Assembly: GCA_963755915.1 (NCBI GenBank)
Contig: CAVWLP010000002.1
Coordinates: 1,760,001 to 1,824,000 of the forward strand
Direction: 5' to 3'
DNA from: an uncultured Phycisphaerales bacterium
Lineage (GTDB): Bacteria; Planctomycetota; Phycisphaerae; Tepidisphaerales; Tepidisphaeraceae
Length of the DNA stretch: 64,000 nucleotides
Under the pieces are notes generated by a model that made no database searches, was not told the DNA's origin, and saw nothing but the letters and a program-made list of their open reading frames with translations. Positions 1 to 10,084 of the stretch are shown in pieces. Every line of letters begins with the position of its first letter. The stretch's first letter is position 1. The position numbers and the translations under genes are program-made.

Positions 1-343
1 ACTCTTCCTGATCCTGCCCGCGTGGAAGGCCAACCTCACCTGGCTCGTCGTGATCCTCGTCATCAACGCCGCCATCAGCGCCGGCTACTATCTGCGAATC
101 ATCGGCGCCCTCTTCCTGGCCTCCGAATCCTCCGGCCCGCGCTTCCAGCAGCCCCCGCGCCAGGAGGATCATCCCATCCACCACCCCATGCCCGTGCTGA
201 TAGCGGTCGGCGTGGCGATGGTCGCCGTCCTCTGGCTCGGAACTATCTGGCCGAGCACCACCCGCCTGGCCAACCGCGCCGCCGAAGGCGCCCAGATCGA
301 ACCCCCCGCCAAGCCCGCCGTCGCCGCGGCAGCACAAAATTAA
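1..343 (+). CDS. nuoN: NADH-quinone oxidoreductase subunit N, C-terminal part (truncated by window start)
   Basis: Hydrophobic LVVILVINAAISAGYYLRIIGALFL motif typical of the NuoN C-terminus, followed by a last TM helix; stop TAA at 341-343. Confidence 0.75.
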   Translation, partial: LFLILPAWKANLTWLVVILVINAAISAGYYLRIIGALFLASESSGPRFQQPPRQEDHPIHHPMPVLIAVGVAMVAVLWLGTIWPSTTRLANRAAEGAQIEPPAKPAVAAAAQN

Positions 344-402
344 AAACCCACCGTCGGCATCAGTCGAACCGCGCCAAGAATTAAAGCGGGAATAAAAAAG
401 CG

Positions 403-1925
403 TTACTTCAACCGAAAAATCACCCACTGATCCTGCTGATCAAATCTAAGCTGCCCCGGCGGTATATCCGCCCAATTCGCATCTGACAATCCCGTCGCCC
501 CCGCATCCTCCACCCACCCCGCCTGCTTAATTCTCTGAATAGTTGCCACCAGTTTCGGATCCGAATTCCGAGTGCAAAACTCCCTGTCCCAAAGCAGCAG
601 CACGCCGGTCTGCGGACGCTCAATATCCTCCATCGACCACGGCGCCACAAACCTCCGGTCCCAAGGGCTCACATTCAAATAAAAATAAACCCCCGGATGG
701 TTCGTCATAATCCTCGGATATTCCCCGCGCAGCTTGCTCCCCTCATACCACCGCACGATCTTCTCCGCCTGGCTCCAGCTCGCCGACTGCCTGATCGGCA
801 AAAACGGATAGACCCAGTTCACCACCCCCGGTACAACCACCGCCAGCGCCCCCACGAAACCGCGCGCTTCCAGTTGAGCCGCTCAAACACCCACTCCCAC
901 CCCCGCGCCGCCAAACATCCCCACAGCGGCGCCGCGATCAGCAGATATCGCGCCGACCCGCTGCTGGAAAATTTCCCCAGCCAGAACAGCAGGCTATGCC
1001 CAACAAGAATCCCCAGCGGCAACCCCGCAATTACCCAATCCACCCGCCCCGCATGCTCGCGCAATTTCCCGCGCGAAAAACAAAGCCACATCCCAATCCA
1101 CACCGCCGGCAGCGCAAACGGCCCCACAACCATCGGCAACACCGCCAGAAAATAAACGAGCGGCCCCCTCGGATACTCGCTCCCCGACTCATAAGGCCAA
1201 TGATCCGCCAGCCACATCCACCAGGGCCGATCCGCCGGCCCCACCATCACATGCCCCGCAACACTCCACGCCAAAACCCCCATCGGCAGCACCACCAGCG
1301 GCCGCCATTGCCGATTCAAAATCAGCACCACCGCCGCGAGACCAAGCAGCCCAAACCCCTCCGGCCTACCCAGCGGCGCCATCGCCATGAAAATCGCCAT
1401 CCCCCCCCACGCCTGCCTCTGATAACACAGCACCGCCACCGCGAGCACCAGCGCGAAGGGGAGCTCCGTCAATTCGGAAAAAGAATGCAGAAAAACCAGC
1501 GGCGACCCCAGCGTAAAAATCATCGCCAGCACCGGCCATCTCATCCCCTCCCCCCGCGCAATCTCCCCGGCCACGATCCCGCACCCGATGGCAATCACCA
1601 TGCTCGCCAGCCGCGCCCCCACCAGCCCCCCGATCCACGCCGGGATCGCCAGCACCGCCGTACACAACGGCCTTCCCCAGATATCCACAAAAAAAATCGG
1701 CTGCTCAAACGCATGCCGCGCAAAGATGAAATGGGTCGCCCCGTCCGATTCGAGAAAGCCCCGGGAAAGAAAACCCGCAGACGCCGAGCAGACCGCAAAC
1801 CCGAGAATCGCCCAGGCCGCGGAAACCCGAAACCCGAAATTCGAATGACGAATCAAATTCGAATGACCAAAATTCGAAACCCCATGGGCCGTTTCGTCAT
1901 TCGAATTTCGAATTTGATTCGTCAT
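403..1925 (-). CDS. Multi-pass membrane protein, GT-C-like glycosyltransferase (frameshift near 830-855; start uncertain)
   Basis: ORFs 819..1925 and 403..855 join into one polytopic protein with ESDG..H, SELTE-PF, GRPEG and ARYLL motifs reminiscent of GT-C enzymes. Confidence 0.5.
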
Positions 1926-1949
1926 TCGAGTTTCGAATTTCGAATTTCG
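1828..1949. repeat. Heptamer-based palindromic repeat element
   Basis: CGAAATT/CGAATGA-type units; perfect 23-nt inverted repeat at 1841-1863 and 1907-1929. Confidence 0.85.
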
Positions 1950-1958
1950 CGGCCGCCC

Positions 1959-3071
1959 CTACTCAATCTCAACTTCTACCCCCGCCTCCGCCGCGCGATA
2001 CACCCCATCCAAAATCTTCTGCACCGCCAGCCCCGCCTCCCCCGGCGCAGCCAGCGGCTCATCCTTCAGGCAGGCGTCCACGAAATTCCTCAGCTTCCGC
2101 GAAAACAGGTACGAAAAATCCGTCTTGCTCCCCACAAACGCCGCCGATTCGTTCACCATCGTCCCCGCCCGGTCCGTGAAAATCGTCGGCGGGTCCCACC
2201 GGCATCCCCCCTTGTCTCCCACCACCTCGAAATTCCACACGTCCTTCTCGATATGCCCCGCAAACATCGCCTCGATCTGCAAAATCGCCCCGTTCTCAAA
2301 CCGTATCTGCCCAATCGCCAGATCTTCAACGGTGTAGGTCTTAAAATCCCACCCCGGCCACTGCGACACCACATCCGACTTCTTATTCCCCATATACGTC
2401 CACGTATTCCCGGCGGCTGCGACGGGCTTGGGCGAGCCGATCAGGTAGTGCGCCATCTCAATCACGTGCACCCCGATATCGATCATCGGCCCGCCCCCCT
2501 GCAAATCCTTCTGCCCGAACACGCCCCAGTTGGGAATCCCCCTTCGCCGCAGCGCCTGGCACTTTACGAACATGATCTTCCCAAACGTCCCCTCGTCCCG
2601 CGCCCGCGTCAGAAATTCAGTATTTGGATGAAATCGATATTGGAATCCCACGCACAATTTCTTCTTCGCCTTCTTTGCCGCGTCGATCATCTTCTGGCAC
2701 TGGGCCGGATTCATCGCCATCGGCTTCTCAACAATCACATGACACCCCGCCTCCGATGCATCAATGCTCGGCTGCGCGTGAATCCCATTGGGCGTGCAAA
2801 CATTCACCGCGTCCGGCTCCTCCTTCTTCAGCATCTCCTTCCAGTCGGTGTAAAGCCCCTTGATCCCAAACTTCTGCTCCATGAGCGACAGCCGCTCCTT
2901 CTTCAAATCGACTCCCGCGACAATCTCCACATCCGGAAAATCCTTCAGCGCGCGGATATGCGTCTCGCTGATCCCCCCGCACCCAACGACCGCCATGCGC
3001 AGCTTCTTGCCGGTATATTCCTCTTTAGCTTCCGTCGCAAACGATTCGGTTGACACGCTTTTTTCAGCCAT
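1959..3071 (-). CDS. Gfo/Idh/MocA family oxidoreductase
   Basis: MAVVGCGGIS Rossmann motif, VCTPNGIH, HVIVEKPMA, GGGPMIDIGVH. Confidence 0.93.
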   Translation of the reverse strand: MAEKSVSTESFATEAKEEYTGKKLRMAVVGCGGISETHIRALKDFPDVEIVAGVDLKKERLSLMEQKFGIKGLYTDWKEMLKKEEPDAVNVCTPNGIHAQPSIDASEAGCHVIVEKPMAMNPAQCQKMIDAAKKAKKKLCVGFQYRFHPNTEFLTRARDEGTFGKIMFVKCQALRRRGIPNWGVFGQKDLQGGGPMIDIGVHVIEMAHYLIGSPKPVAAAGNTWTYMGNKKSDVVSQWPGWDFKTYTVEDLAIGQIRFENGAILQIEAMFAGHIEKDVWNFEVVGDKGGCRWDPPTIFTDRAGTMVNESAAFVGSKTDFSYLFSRKLRNFVDACLKDEPLAAPGEAGLAVQKILDGVYRAAEAGVEVEIE

Positions 3072-3108
3072 TGTTGATTCCTTAAAAATAAATCTATACG
3101 AGAACTAT

Positions 3109-6100
3109 TTATCCCAGCTTCGCCAACTCCGCCTCCACTTCCGCAAGCTGGTCCTTCGTCTGCTGAACCAGCTTCGCCGGCGCCTTGGAAATATACGCTT
3201 CATTCGCCAGCCGCGCATCCAGCGTCTGTTTCTGTTTCGCCAGCTCCTCCTTGCGCTTGCTCGTCCGCTCCCGCTCCACGTCTTCATTAACCAAATTCTC
3301 CACCACCACGGTGCAATCCCCGGTAGACGCATGCGCAATTCCCTCGCCGACCGCGACGCGTGCATCAACGCGAATAGTACATTTTGCCAGTAATTCGATC
3401 ATCTCGCGACTCGCCTCGATCTCCGCCCGCACCTTCGGATTCTCCGACGCGATGATCGCGCTGACAACCGCATTGTCTTTCGCCTCGAAGTCCGTCCGCA
3501 GCCGCCGAATCTCCTGGATCACTTTCTTAACGCGCGGAAACAGCTCATTCTCCGCCTCATCATCCACCGCCCCCCGCCGCGGCCACCGCGCATGCACCAG
3601 CCGCTTGCTCCCCTCATTCTCAATCCACCCAGGCAAGTTCCGCTCCCCGCGCACTTCATTCAATTTCCACCAGATCGTTTCAGTAATGAACGGCACCATC
3701 GGATGCATCAGCCGCAGCACCCCATCCAGCACCGCCGCCAGCACATTCCCCGTCTGCCCCGCCCGCTGCGAATCCTTCATCGCCGGCTTCGAGGCCTCCA
3801 CATACCACGAACAAAAATCCTCCCAGAAAAAGTCGTAACAGATTTTCGCATACTGATCGAACCGATAAGCCTCCAGCGCCGAATCCGCCTCGCCAACCGT
3901 CCGATTAAACCGCGACACAATCCACCGATCCGCCAGCGACCATTTCGACTCGTCCAGCACCACAGGCTTCACGCTCGCCAGGTTCGCGATCACGAAATGA
4001 TTCGCCACGTTCCAGATCTTGTTGCAGAAAAATCGCCCAATATCGAACTTGTCGGACGTATTCCTCCCTTGCGCATCCTTCTTCACCGGCATCCGCACAT
4101 CCTGCGTTTCGGTTGCCATCAGCGTCAACGTAAACCGCATCGCATCCGCCCCATGCGTCTGGATGATGTCCAGCGGATCAACCCCATTCCCCTTCGATTT
4201 GCTCATCCGCTCCCCCTTGCCGTCGAGGATCGTCGGGTGGATGTAGACGTGATGAAAAGGAATGCCCAGCTTTTTCCCGTCTCTTCCCTCTTTTCCCTCT
4301 TGTCCCTCTTTTCCCCGCCCCCGGTACTCCGGGGGAGGGTGAGGGAGGGGGTTCCCACTATGTGCTCTATTTTTTTCAAGGCCCTGACCCCGACCCTCTC
4401 CCGGAGTACTGGGCGAGGGGGAGGAGTCATGCTCGCCCATATTATACATCCCCAGCATCACCATCCTCGCCACCCAAAGCGTGATGATATCCCTCCCGGT
4501 CGCCAGCACATTCGTCGGATACCACTTCCGCAATTCCGCCGTCTCCTCCGGCCAACCCAGAGTGCTATGCGGCCAAAGCCCGGAGGAAAACCAGGTGTCG
4601 AGGACATCGGGGTCCTGCAAATATCCGCATTCTTCCAGCGCAGCGATGATCTCGGTGTCCGCGGGATCGCGCACGCATATATCAAACAATTCGCTGTCTG
4701 GATCCACTGGGCCAAGAGGGCCAAAATCCGCCAATAATCGGCCGCGCCGACAAAGGCGACCTGCTGTTTCCCATTTTTGAATCCGATTCAATATCGTGGC
4801 ACTAGATGCGGAAGCTGGACCACCCATCGCCCCAGGCTCCCTCCACACCGGAATCCGATGCCCCCACCAAAGCTGCCTCGAAATCGGCCAATCCCTCTTC
4901 TCCCCCAGCCAGCTCAAATACTGCTGCGCATGCCTCTCCGGAAAAAACTCAACAATCCCCTCCCTCACAACTTGAAGCGCCGGCTCCGCCAGCGGCGCCA
5001 TCGTCACAAACCACTGATCGCTCAAATACGGCTCCACCGGCGTCTTGCTCCGGTCGCTATGCCCCACCTGCGTCTCATACGGCTCCTCCTTCACCATCAG
5101 CCCCAGCCCCTCCAAATCCTCCACCACCTTCTTCCTTGCCGCCTCCCGCTTCATCCCGGCATACTTCCCCCCATTCTCGTTGATGGTCCCATCCGGATTC
5201 AGAATATTCACAATCTCAATCGCATCCGCCTTCCCCAAATGCCGCTGCCACACCGCATAGTCATTCGGATCATGCGCCGGCGTCACCTTCACCACGCCCG
5301 ACCCAAACTTCGGATCCACCAGAATATCATCCGCGATAATCGGAATTCTCTTATTCACCAGCGGCAAATCCACGCTCTTCCCAATCGCCCAGTTCCACCG
5401 CTCATCTTCCGAATGCACCGCCACCGCCGTATCCCCCAGCATCGTCTCCGGCCGCGTCGTCGCCACGATCATCGCCTTATCCGTCCCAGTTATCGGATAC
5501 CGGATATGCCACAACGATGTCTTCACCGTCTCATGAAAAATCTCGTCGTCGGAGATGGAAGTCTGCAAGTGAATATCCCAATTCACCATCCGCTTCCCCC
5601 GATAAATCAGCCCATCCCTGAACAGCTTGAAGAAAGTCTCCCTTACCGCCCGCGCACACTGTTCATCCAGCGTGAATCGCAGCCGGTCCCAATCGCACGA
5701 GCACCCCATCCGCTTGATCTGCTCGAGGATCCGGTCCCCATACTCCTGCTTCCACTCCCAAATCCGGCGGACGAGTTCTTCGCGCCCCAAATCATGCCGC
5801 GTCTTGTTCTCCTTCTCCTTGAGCTGTTTCTCCACCACCGCCTGCGTCGCAATCCCCGCATGATCGATCCCCAGCACCCAAAGCGCATTAAACCCCCGCA
5901 TCCGGTGATTCCGGATCATCACATCCTGCAAAGTATTATTAATCGCATGCCCCAGATGCAGCGCCCCGGTAACATTCGGCGGCGGAATCACAATACAATA
6001 CGCCTCCCCGGGCCCCGAAGGATCCGCCGCAAAACACTTCTCCTCCAGCCAAACCCGATTGGCCTGCGCCTCAATCGTCGCCGGATCATAATTTTTCGCC

Positions 6101-6120
6101 GTTTCACCGCTCATATTCAA
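3109..6120 (-). CDS. valS: Valine--tRNA ligase
   Basis: PPPNVTGALHLGH (HIGH), ATTRPET, DWPISRQLWWGHRIP, DVLDTWFSS, RMSKSKGN (KMSKS), C-terminal coiled coil. Confidence 0.98.
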   Translation of the reverse strand: MNMSGETAKNYDPATIEAQANRVWLEEKCFAADPSGPGEAYCIVIPPPNVTGALHLGHAINNTLQDVMIRNHRMRGFNALWVLGIDHAGIATQAVVEKQLKEKENKTRHDLGREELVRRIWEWKQEYGDRILEQIKRMGCSCDWDRLRFTLDEQCARAVRETFFKLFRDGLIYRGKRMVNWDIHLQTSISDDEIFHETVKTSLWHIRYPITGTDKAMIVATTRPETMLGDTAVAVHSEDERWNWAIGKSVDLPLVNKRIPIIADDILVDPKFGSGVVKVTPAHDPNDYAVWQRHLGKADAIEIVNILNPDGTINENGGKYAGMKREAARKKVVEDLEGLGLMVKEEPYETQVGHSDRSKTPVEPYLSDQWFVTMAPLAEPALQVVREGIVEFFPERHAQQYLSWLGEKRDWPISRQLWWGHRIPVWREPGAMGGPASASSATILNRIQKWETAGRLCRRGRLLADFGPLGPVDPDSELFDICVRDPADTEIIAALEECGYLQDPDVLDTWFSSGLWPHSTLGWPEETAELRKWYPTNVLATGRDIITLWVARMVMLGMYNMGEHDSSPSPSTPGEGRGQGLEKNRAHSGNPLPHPPPEYRGRGKEGQEGKEGRDGKKLGIPFHHVYIHPTILDGKGERMSKSKGNGVDPLDIIQTHGADAMRFTLTLMATETQDVRMPVKKDAQGRNTSDKFDIGRFFCNKIWNVANHFVIANLASVKPVVLDESKWSLADRWIVSRFNRTVGEADSALEAYRFDQYAKICYDFFWEDFCSWYVEASKPAMKDSQRAGQTGNVLAAVLDGVLRLMHPMVPFITETIWWKLNEVRGERNLPGWIENEGSKRLVHARWPRRGAVDDEAENELFPRVKKVIQEIRRLRTDFEAKDNAVVSAIIASENPKVRAEIEASREMIELLAKCTIRVDARVAVGEGIAHASTGDCTVVVENLVNEDVERERTSKRKEELAKQKQTLDARLANEAYISKAPAKLVQQTKDQLAEVEAELAKLG
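4308..4421. repeat. Inverted pair of REP-like units inserted in frame in valS
   Basis: 4308-4352 matches revcomp of 60476-60520 (43/45); revcomp of 4381-4421 matches 16601-16641 (39/41). Confidence 0.9.
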
Positions 6121-6170
6121 GCGAAAATCTTAAACGCTCGGACCGTCTTTGTCATATCGCCAATCGAATT

Positions 6171-6250
6171 TCACCGCCCGCTTCTCTGGAGATCGCGGAG
6201 AGCACGGAGAAAACAAAAAGACCACGGATTACACGGATGGGCACGGATAA
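6171..6250. repeat. Left arm of a ~78-bp inverted repeat element interrupted by IS3
   Basis: TCACCGCCCGCTTCTCTGGAGATCGCGGAGAGC...ACCACGGATTACACGGAT pairs with 7528-7606. Confidence 0.85.
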
Positions 6251-6318
6251 GATGACCTTCCCCACGTTTGGTGGGCGCGGCCTGAAGCCGGATAATCCGG
6301 CTGAAGGAGCGAATTGCC

Positions 6319-6621
6319 ATGGGACGCAAACATTATTCCAGGGAGTTTCAGGACGAAGCCTGCAAACTCGTCACCGATCAAGGCTACACACAAAGGAAAG
6401 CGGCCCAGGAACTGGGCCTTCCGGTGCACATCGTGCATCACTGGATGAAAAAACGTGGACTGATCAAGCCCGCGGCTGAGGAGCCCGCGTTTCCAGACAC
6501 CAACGATCCGACGCTGCTCAAGGCCCGCATCCGCGAGTTGCAAAAGCAATTGCGGCGGGTCGAAACCGAGAAGGAGATTTTAAAAAAAGCGACGGCCTAC
6601 TTCGCCAGCCAGAACCCATGA
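6319..6621 (+). CDS. IS3 transposase OrfA (HTH)
   Basis: RKHYSREFQDEA...EKEILKKATAYFA; A7G -1 slippery site at 6582-6589. Confidence 0.95.
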   Translation: MGRKHYSREFQDEACKLVTDQGYTQRKAAQELGLPVHIVHHWMKKRGLIKPAAEEPAFPDTNDPTLLKARIRELQKQLRRVETEKEILKKATAYFASQNP

Positions 6622-7478
6622 GATTCGCCTGGATCAAAGAACATTGGGACCCGTTCGATCTGGCCGCATTGTGCGATGCGCTGGAAGTCAGCCGCAGCGG
6701 GTATTACGCCTGGCTGAAACGTCCAGCCAGCCCGCGGCACAAGCGCCGGGAAGAGCTGACTGAGAAGATCCGCGAGGTTCATGAGGAGAGTCGCTATACC
6801 TACGGCAGCCCGCGGGTGCACGCGGAGCTGGCGGATCGGCAGGTGAGCGTCTGCGTGAACACGGTGGCGCGTCTGATGAAACAGGCCGGATTGCAATCGC
6901 GGATTCGCCGGCGATTCGTCGTCCATACCACCGATTCGAATCACGATGAGCCGGTCGCGGCCAATGTGCTGGACCGCCAGTTCGCAACTGAGGCGCCCAA
7001 CCGCAAGTGGTGCTGCGACATCACCTACGTTCCGACGGATGAAGGATTCCTATACCTGGCGGCCGTGATCGACCTGTGCAGTCGGAAAATAGTCGGCTGG
7101 TCGATGGCCGATCATCTGCGAAGTGAGCTGTGTCTGGAAGCGATATCGATGGCGCTGACACATCGCCGACCGGAGCGAGGTTTGCTGCACCACTCCGATC
7201 GCGGTGTCCAATACGCCTGCGAGACTTATCGACAGATGCTGGCGGAGCATGGGATGGAGCGGAGCATGAGCCGCACCGGCAATTGCTACGACAACGCGGT
7301 GATGGAGAGCTTTTTCAGCACGCTGAAGACGGAGCTCATTTATCACGAGCACTACGCAACGCAAGCGGAGGCTCGGCGTTCGATCTTTGAGTACATTGAA
7401 GTGTTTTACAATCGCCAGAGACGTCACTCGGCGATAGGCTACCAAAGCCCCGAAGCGTTCGAGGCCAGCCTGAACTGA
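6618..7478 (+). CDS. IS3 transposase OrfB (DDE integrase core)
   Basis: VSRSGYY, YGSPR, WCCDITY, HHSDRGVQY, CYDNAVMESFF; in the -1 frame relative to orfA. Confidence 0.96.
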   Translation: MRFAWIKEHWDPFDLAALCDALEVSRSGYYAWLKRPASPRHKRREELTEKIREVHEESRYTYGSPRVHAELADRQVSVCVNTVARLMKQAGLQSRIRRRFVVHTTDSNHDEPVAANVLDRQFATEAPNRKWCCDITYVPTDEGFLYLAAVIDLCSRKIVGWSMADHLRSELCLEAISMALTHRRPERGLLHHSDRGVQYACETYRQMLAEHGMERSMSRTGNCYDNAVMESFFSTLKTELIYHEHYATQAEARRSIFEYIEVFYNRQRRHSAIGYQSPEAFEASLN

Positions 7479-7527
7479 CGATTTGGCCGCGCCCACCGAA
7501 CGTGGGGAAGGTCAAGAAATCTCTTTT

Positions 7528-7606
7528 TTATCTGTGAAATCCGTGTAATCCGTGGTTCTCTTTCTTCCTCAGCGCTCTCCGCGATCTCCAGCGAAGCGGG
7601 CGGTGA
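7528..7606. repeat. Right arm of the inverted repeat element interrupted by IS3
   Basis: ATCCGTGTAATCCGTGGT...GCTCTCCGCGATCTCCAGCGAAGCGGGCGGTGA, reverse complement of 6171-6250. Confidence 0.85.
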
Positions 7607-7709
7607 GACGCATTTTCCTAACTGTTCGGCCCAAACAGCGCCCGATCATACGCCGAGTAAATGCAATCCTGCGTATACAAATCGACATGCAGAAGATTCA
7701 TCGCCCCCT

Positions 7710-8339
7710 TCAGCGCCCGAACATAAACTCCCCCCCATCCCGCGACCCCAGGATAAAAAACAGCACGATCAAAATCCCAAACGATATCTGCGGATCCCTC
7801 GCCTTCGCCGCAAAATCCCCCGGCAAATACGGCCGAATCACATTAAACCCATCCAGCGGCGGCAGCGGGATCAGATTGATCAGCGCCGCAAAAAATTGGA
7901 TCACCCCCATCGCCCCGCAAAAAATCTGCCCCGGCGTCCAATCCGCCGCCGACGCCGCCGGATTCACCCACCCAAACCACGGACACAGCGGCGCCACGCA
8001 AACCCCAAACAAAATCAAATTCACCATCGGCCCCGCCGCCGCAACCAGCGACCGCCACCCCTTGTTCCGCAGCAGTTGCGTATTCACATACGTCGCCGCC
8101 CCCACCATTGGAATTCCCCCCATCGCCACAAACAGCAGCGGCAACACGATCGTCATCATCGGATTCGCATACTTCAACGGATTCAGCGTCAGCAACCCCC
8201 GCTGCTTGATCGTGTAATCCCCCCCAATAAATGCCACCAACCCATGCGCAAACTCATGCAACGTCACCGAAATAATCCACCCAATCATAATCGCCCAGAA
8301 AATCGGGCTCGACCAGTTGACCGCTGCGAGAGGAAGCAT
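7710..8339 (-). CDS. Site-2 protease family (M50) membrane metalloprotease
   Basis: TLHEFAH (HExxH), AAAGP, NLIPLPPLDG; C-terminus may be frameshifted. Confidence 0.92.
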   Translation of the reverse strand: MLPLAAVNWSSPIFWAIMIGWIISVTLHEFAHGLVAFIGGDYTIKQRGLLTLNPLKYANPMMTIVLPLLFVAMGGIPMVGAATYVNTQLLRNKGWRSLVAAAGPMVNLILFGVCVAPLCPWFGWVNPAASAADWTPGQIFCGAMGVIQFFAALINLIPLPPLDGFNVIRPYLPGDFAAKARDPQISFGILIVLFFILGSRDGGEFMFGR

Positions 8340-8553
8340 CGACGAGAATATAGGCGAAAGCCCCGCGCTTTCCTCATCCCCCTCGCTCGCTGGCCCATTT
8401 GACTTTTAGCCTAACACCTCAAGGACGCACCGAACGTCACCAGGCCAGCCATGTGCTCTCGCGGCGGAAACGTGTTGGCATATACGAGCTAGCGAGTCTC
8501 CTCGTCATGAAAACCGTAACCGAAAATACTCTTTCTCCTCCGCGACGAACAGT

Positions 8554-10041
8554 TAATCCCGTTCGGCACGCAGGCTTCATCGGAGCATTCCAAAGCTGTG
8601 GAGGACGCGAAACAATTGAAGCTTAGATACTTTTACTTTCCCCTGCTGCACGCCGGCGTCCGCAAGAGCGCAGCATCAACCGCGAGGTCTCCGCGGCGAC
8701 GGATTCCCCTTCAGTTTACTCCCAGTTTTTTCAAGGCCTCCGCTCTTGCCCTCAGCTTAATCCCGGTGTTATCCGGCTTGTTCAGGAATCGAAGCACGTC
8801 CTGTTCCTCGGCCAGCCCCAGCAGATACCAGCCGATCATGTTCCGCATCGCCTTGTTCGGCTTCCTGCCGCTGATCAGCTGAATCAGCACGCAGACGATC
8901 AGCGCCAGTGGATTTGGATGTCGATCCCCTCCTGGCGTTGGCTCAGCAGGTGACGCATGCCCAGCAGTTGCTTGAAGATCCGGAAGAACAACTCAACGGT
9001 GTAGCGGTACAGATAAATCAGGGCGATCAATTCCGCCGGCAGGTCCAGCAGGTTCGTGTACAGGATGATCAGGTCCGTCGGCTTGTTGCCGCTGCGCGTG
9101 CGGCGCGGATGGGGTTTCACCTGCACTTCCACCCGTCGCACCACCCTATCCGCCGCCGTCTCCAGGCCGTCGAGTTTCACCAGCGCGTCTCGCACCACGC
9201 CGCCGTCCAATGCTTCCTGTGAAAGCAATCGTTCTTCAAACAGCTCAAACACCGAGTTTTCCGCGGCCCGCATCACAAAGGAGCTTTGCGCCGCGGCGAT
9301 GTCCGCAAAGAGGCTCCGGTCGGCGTAGCCGCCGTCTCCTACATAGCACCGTCCTGCTTCCAGGCTGCGCCGCAGGACGTTGTTTTCACGGTTGGCCCCC
9401 GCGTTGCGAGCGCCAGTGCGGTCGAGGCGATGGACTTTGAACGTCTCCAGATCGAATTGAACGTGCAAACGCCAGCCATAGACCGCTTTCCCGTCCCGGG
9501 AGGTGTTGTAGCGCGCATCGATGCCGCAAGCGGATTTGGCCAGCCGACTCAGCGCCGTCAGCACCGTCCCGTCGACCAGCGTGATCGCCTGCCCAAAGTC
9601 CGCAAGACGCGGATCGGGCGCCGGGGCAGTTCCCCCGCCAATTCCTCAATCAGCGGCGTCAAACGCCCCGGCTCGAACACCCGAACCGATTCAGAGAAAC
9701 TGCCCACGGAAAAACGCTTAATTCCCAGCGCCTTGGCCACCTTGGGCAGTTCAGCAACCTCCTGAAGATCCCGCAGGGATTGGATCAGCGGATTCCAGGT
9801 GTAAAGCAAAACCAGCTTGCAATAATCGTCGAAGTGAAGCTGGCGGTTCCCGGCTCGATCCCGCTCACAGCCCACATCCCGCAGCGTGGGCAGCAGCGCG
9901 AAGACGCGCCGCAGATGTCCGAGGCACAGGATCTCTTTTTCCTTCAGTCTTGCCTGCACGTCCGGCAGCATGCCATAAAAAGATCAAAGGCGCAATCTCA
10001 ATATCTTGCTGCTTGCGCGAACCCCGTGCCGAACGGGATTA
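8554..10041 (-). mobile_element. IS4-family insertion sequence, 1488 bp
   Basis: Perfect 17-bp terminal IR TAATCCCGTTCGGCACG (8554-8570 and 10025-10041); 9-bp TSD ACGAACAGT (8545-8553 and 10042-10050). Confidence 0.93.
8711..9971 (-). CDS. IS4-family DDE transposase (frameshifts near 9600 and 8905)
   Basis: Fragments 9558..9971 and 8899..9564 plus a C-terminal tail ending at TGA 8711; YVGDGGY and LYLYRYTVELFFRIFKQ (YREK-like) motifs. Confidence 0.85.
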
Positions 10042-10084
10042 ACGAACAGTCACACGTTATTCTCCCCCACGCTATAATCCCCCA

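Larger units (their letters stand above)
6253..7514 (+). mobile_element. IS3-family insertion sequence, 1262 bp, apparently intact
   Basis: TG...CA ends; 30-bp terminal IRs with 29/30 match (TGACCTTCCCCACGTTYGGTGGGCGCGGCC); 3-bp TSD AGA at 6250-6252 and 7515-7517; orfA/orfB layout. Confidence 0.97.

Noticed and set aside
996-3053. Long antisense ORFs (also 4777..6255, 22462..23832, 42442..43656, 58518..59603)
   Set aside because: Pro/Arg/His- or Gly-rich shadows of real genes caused by high GC and skewed codon use.
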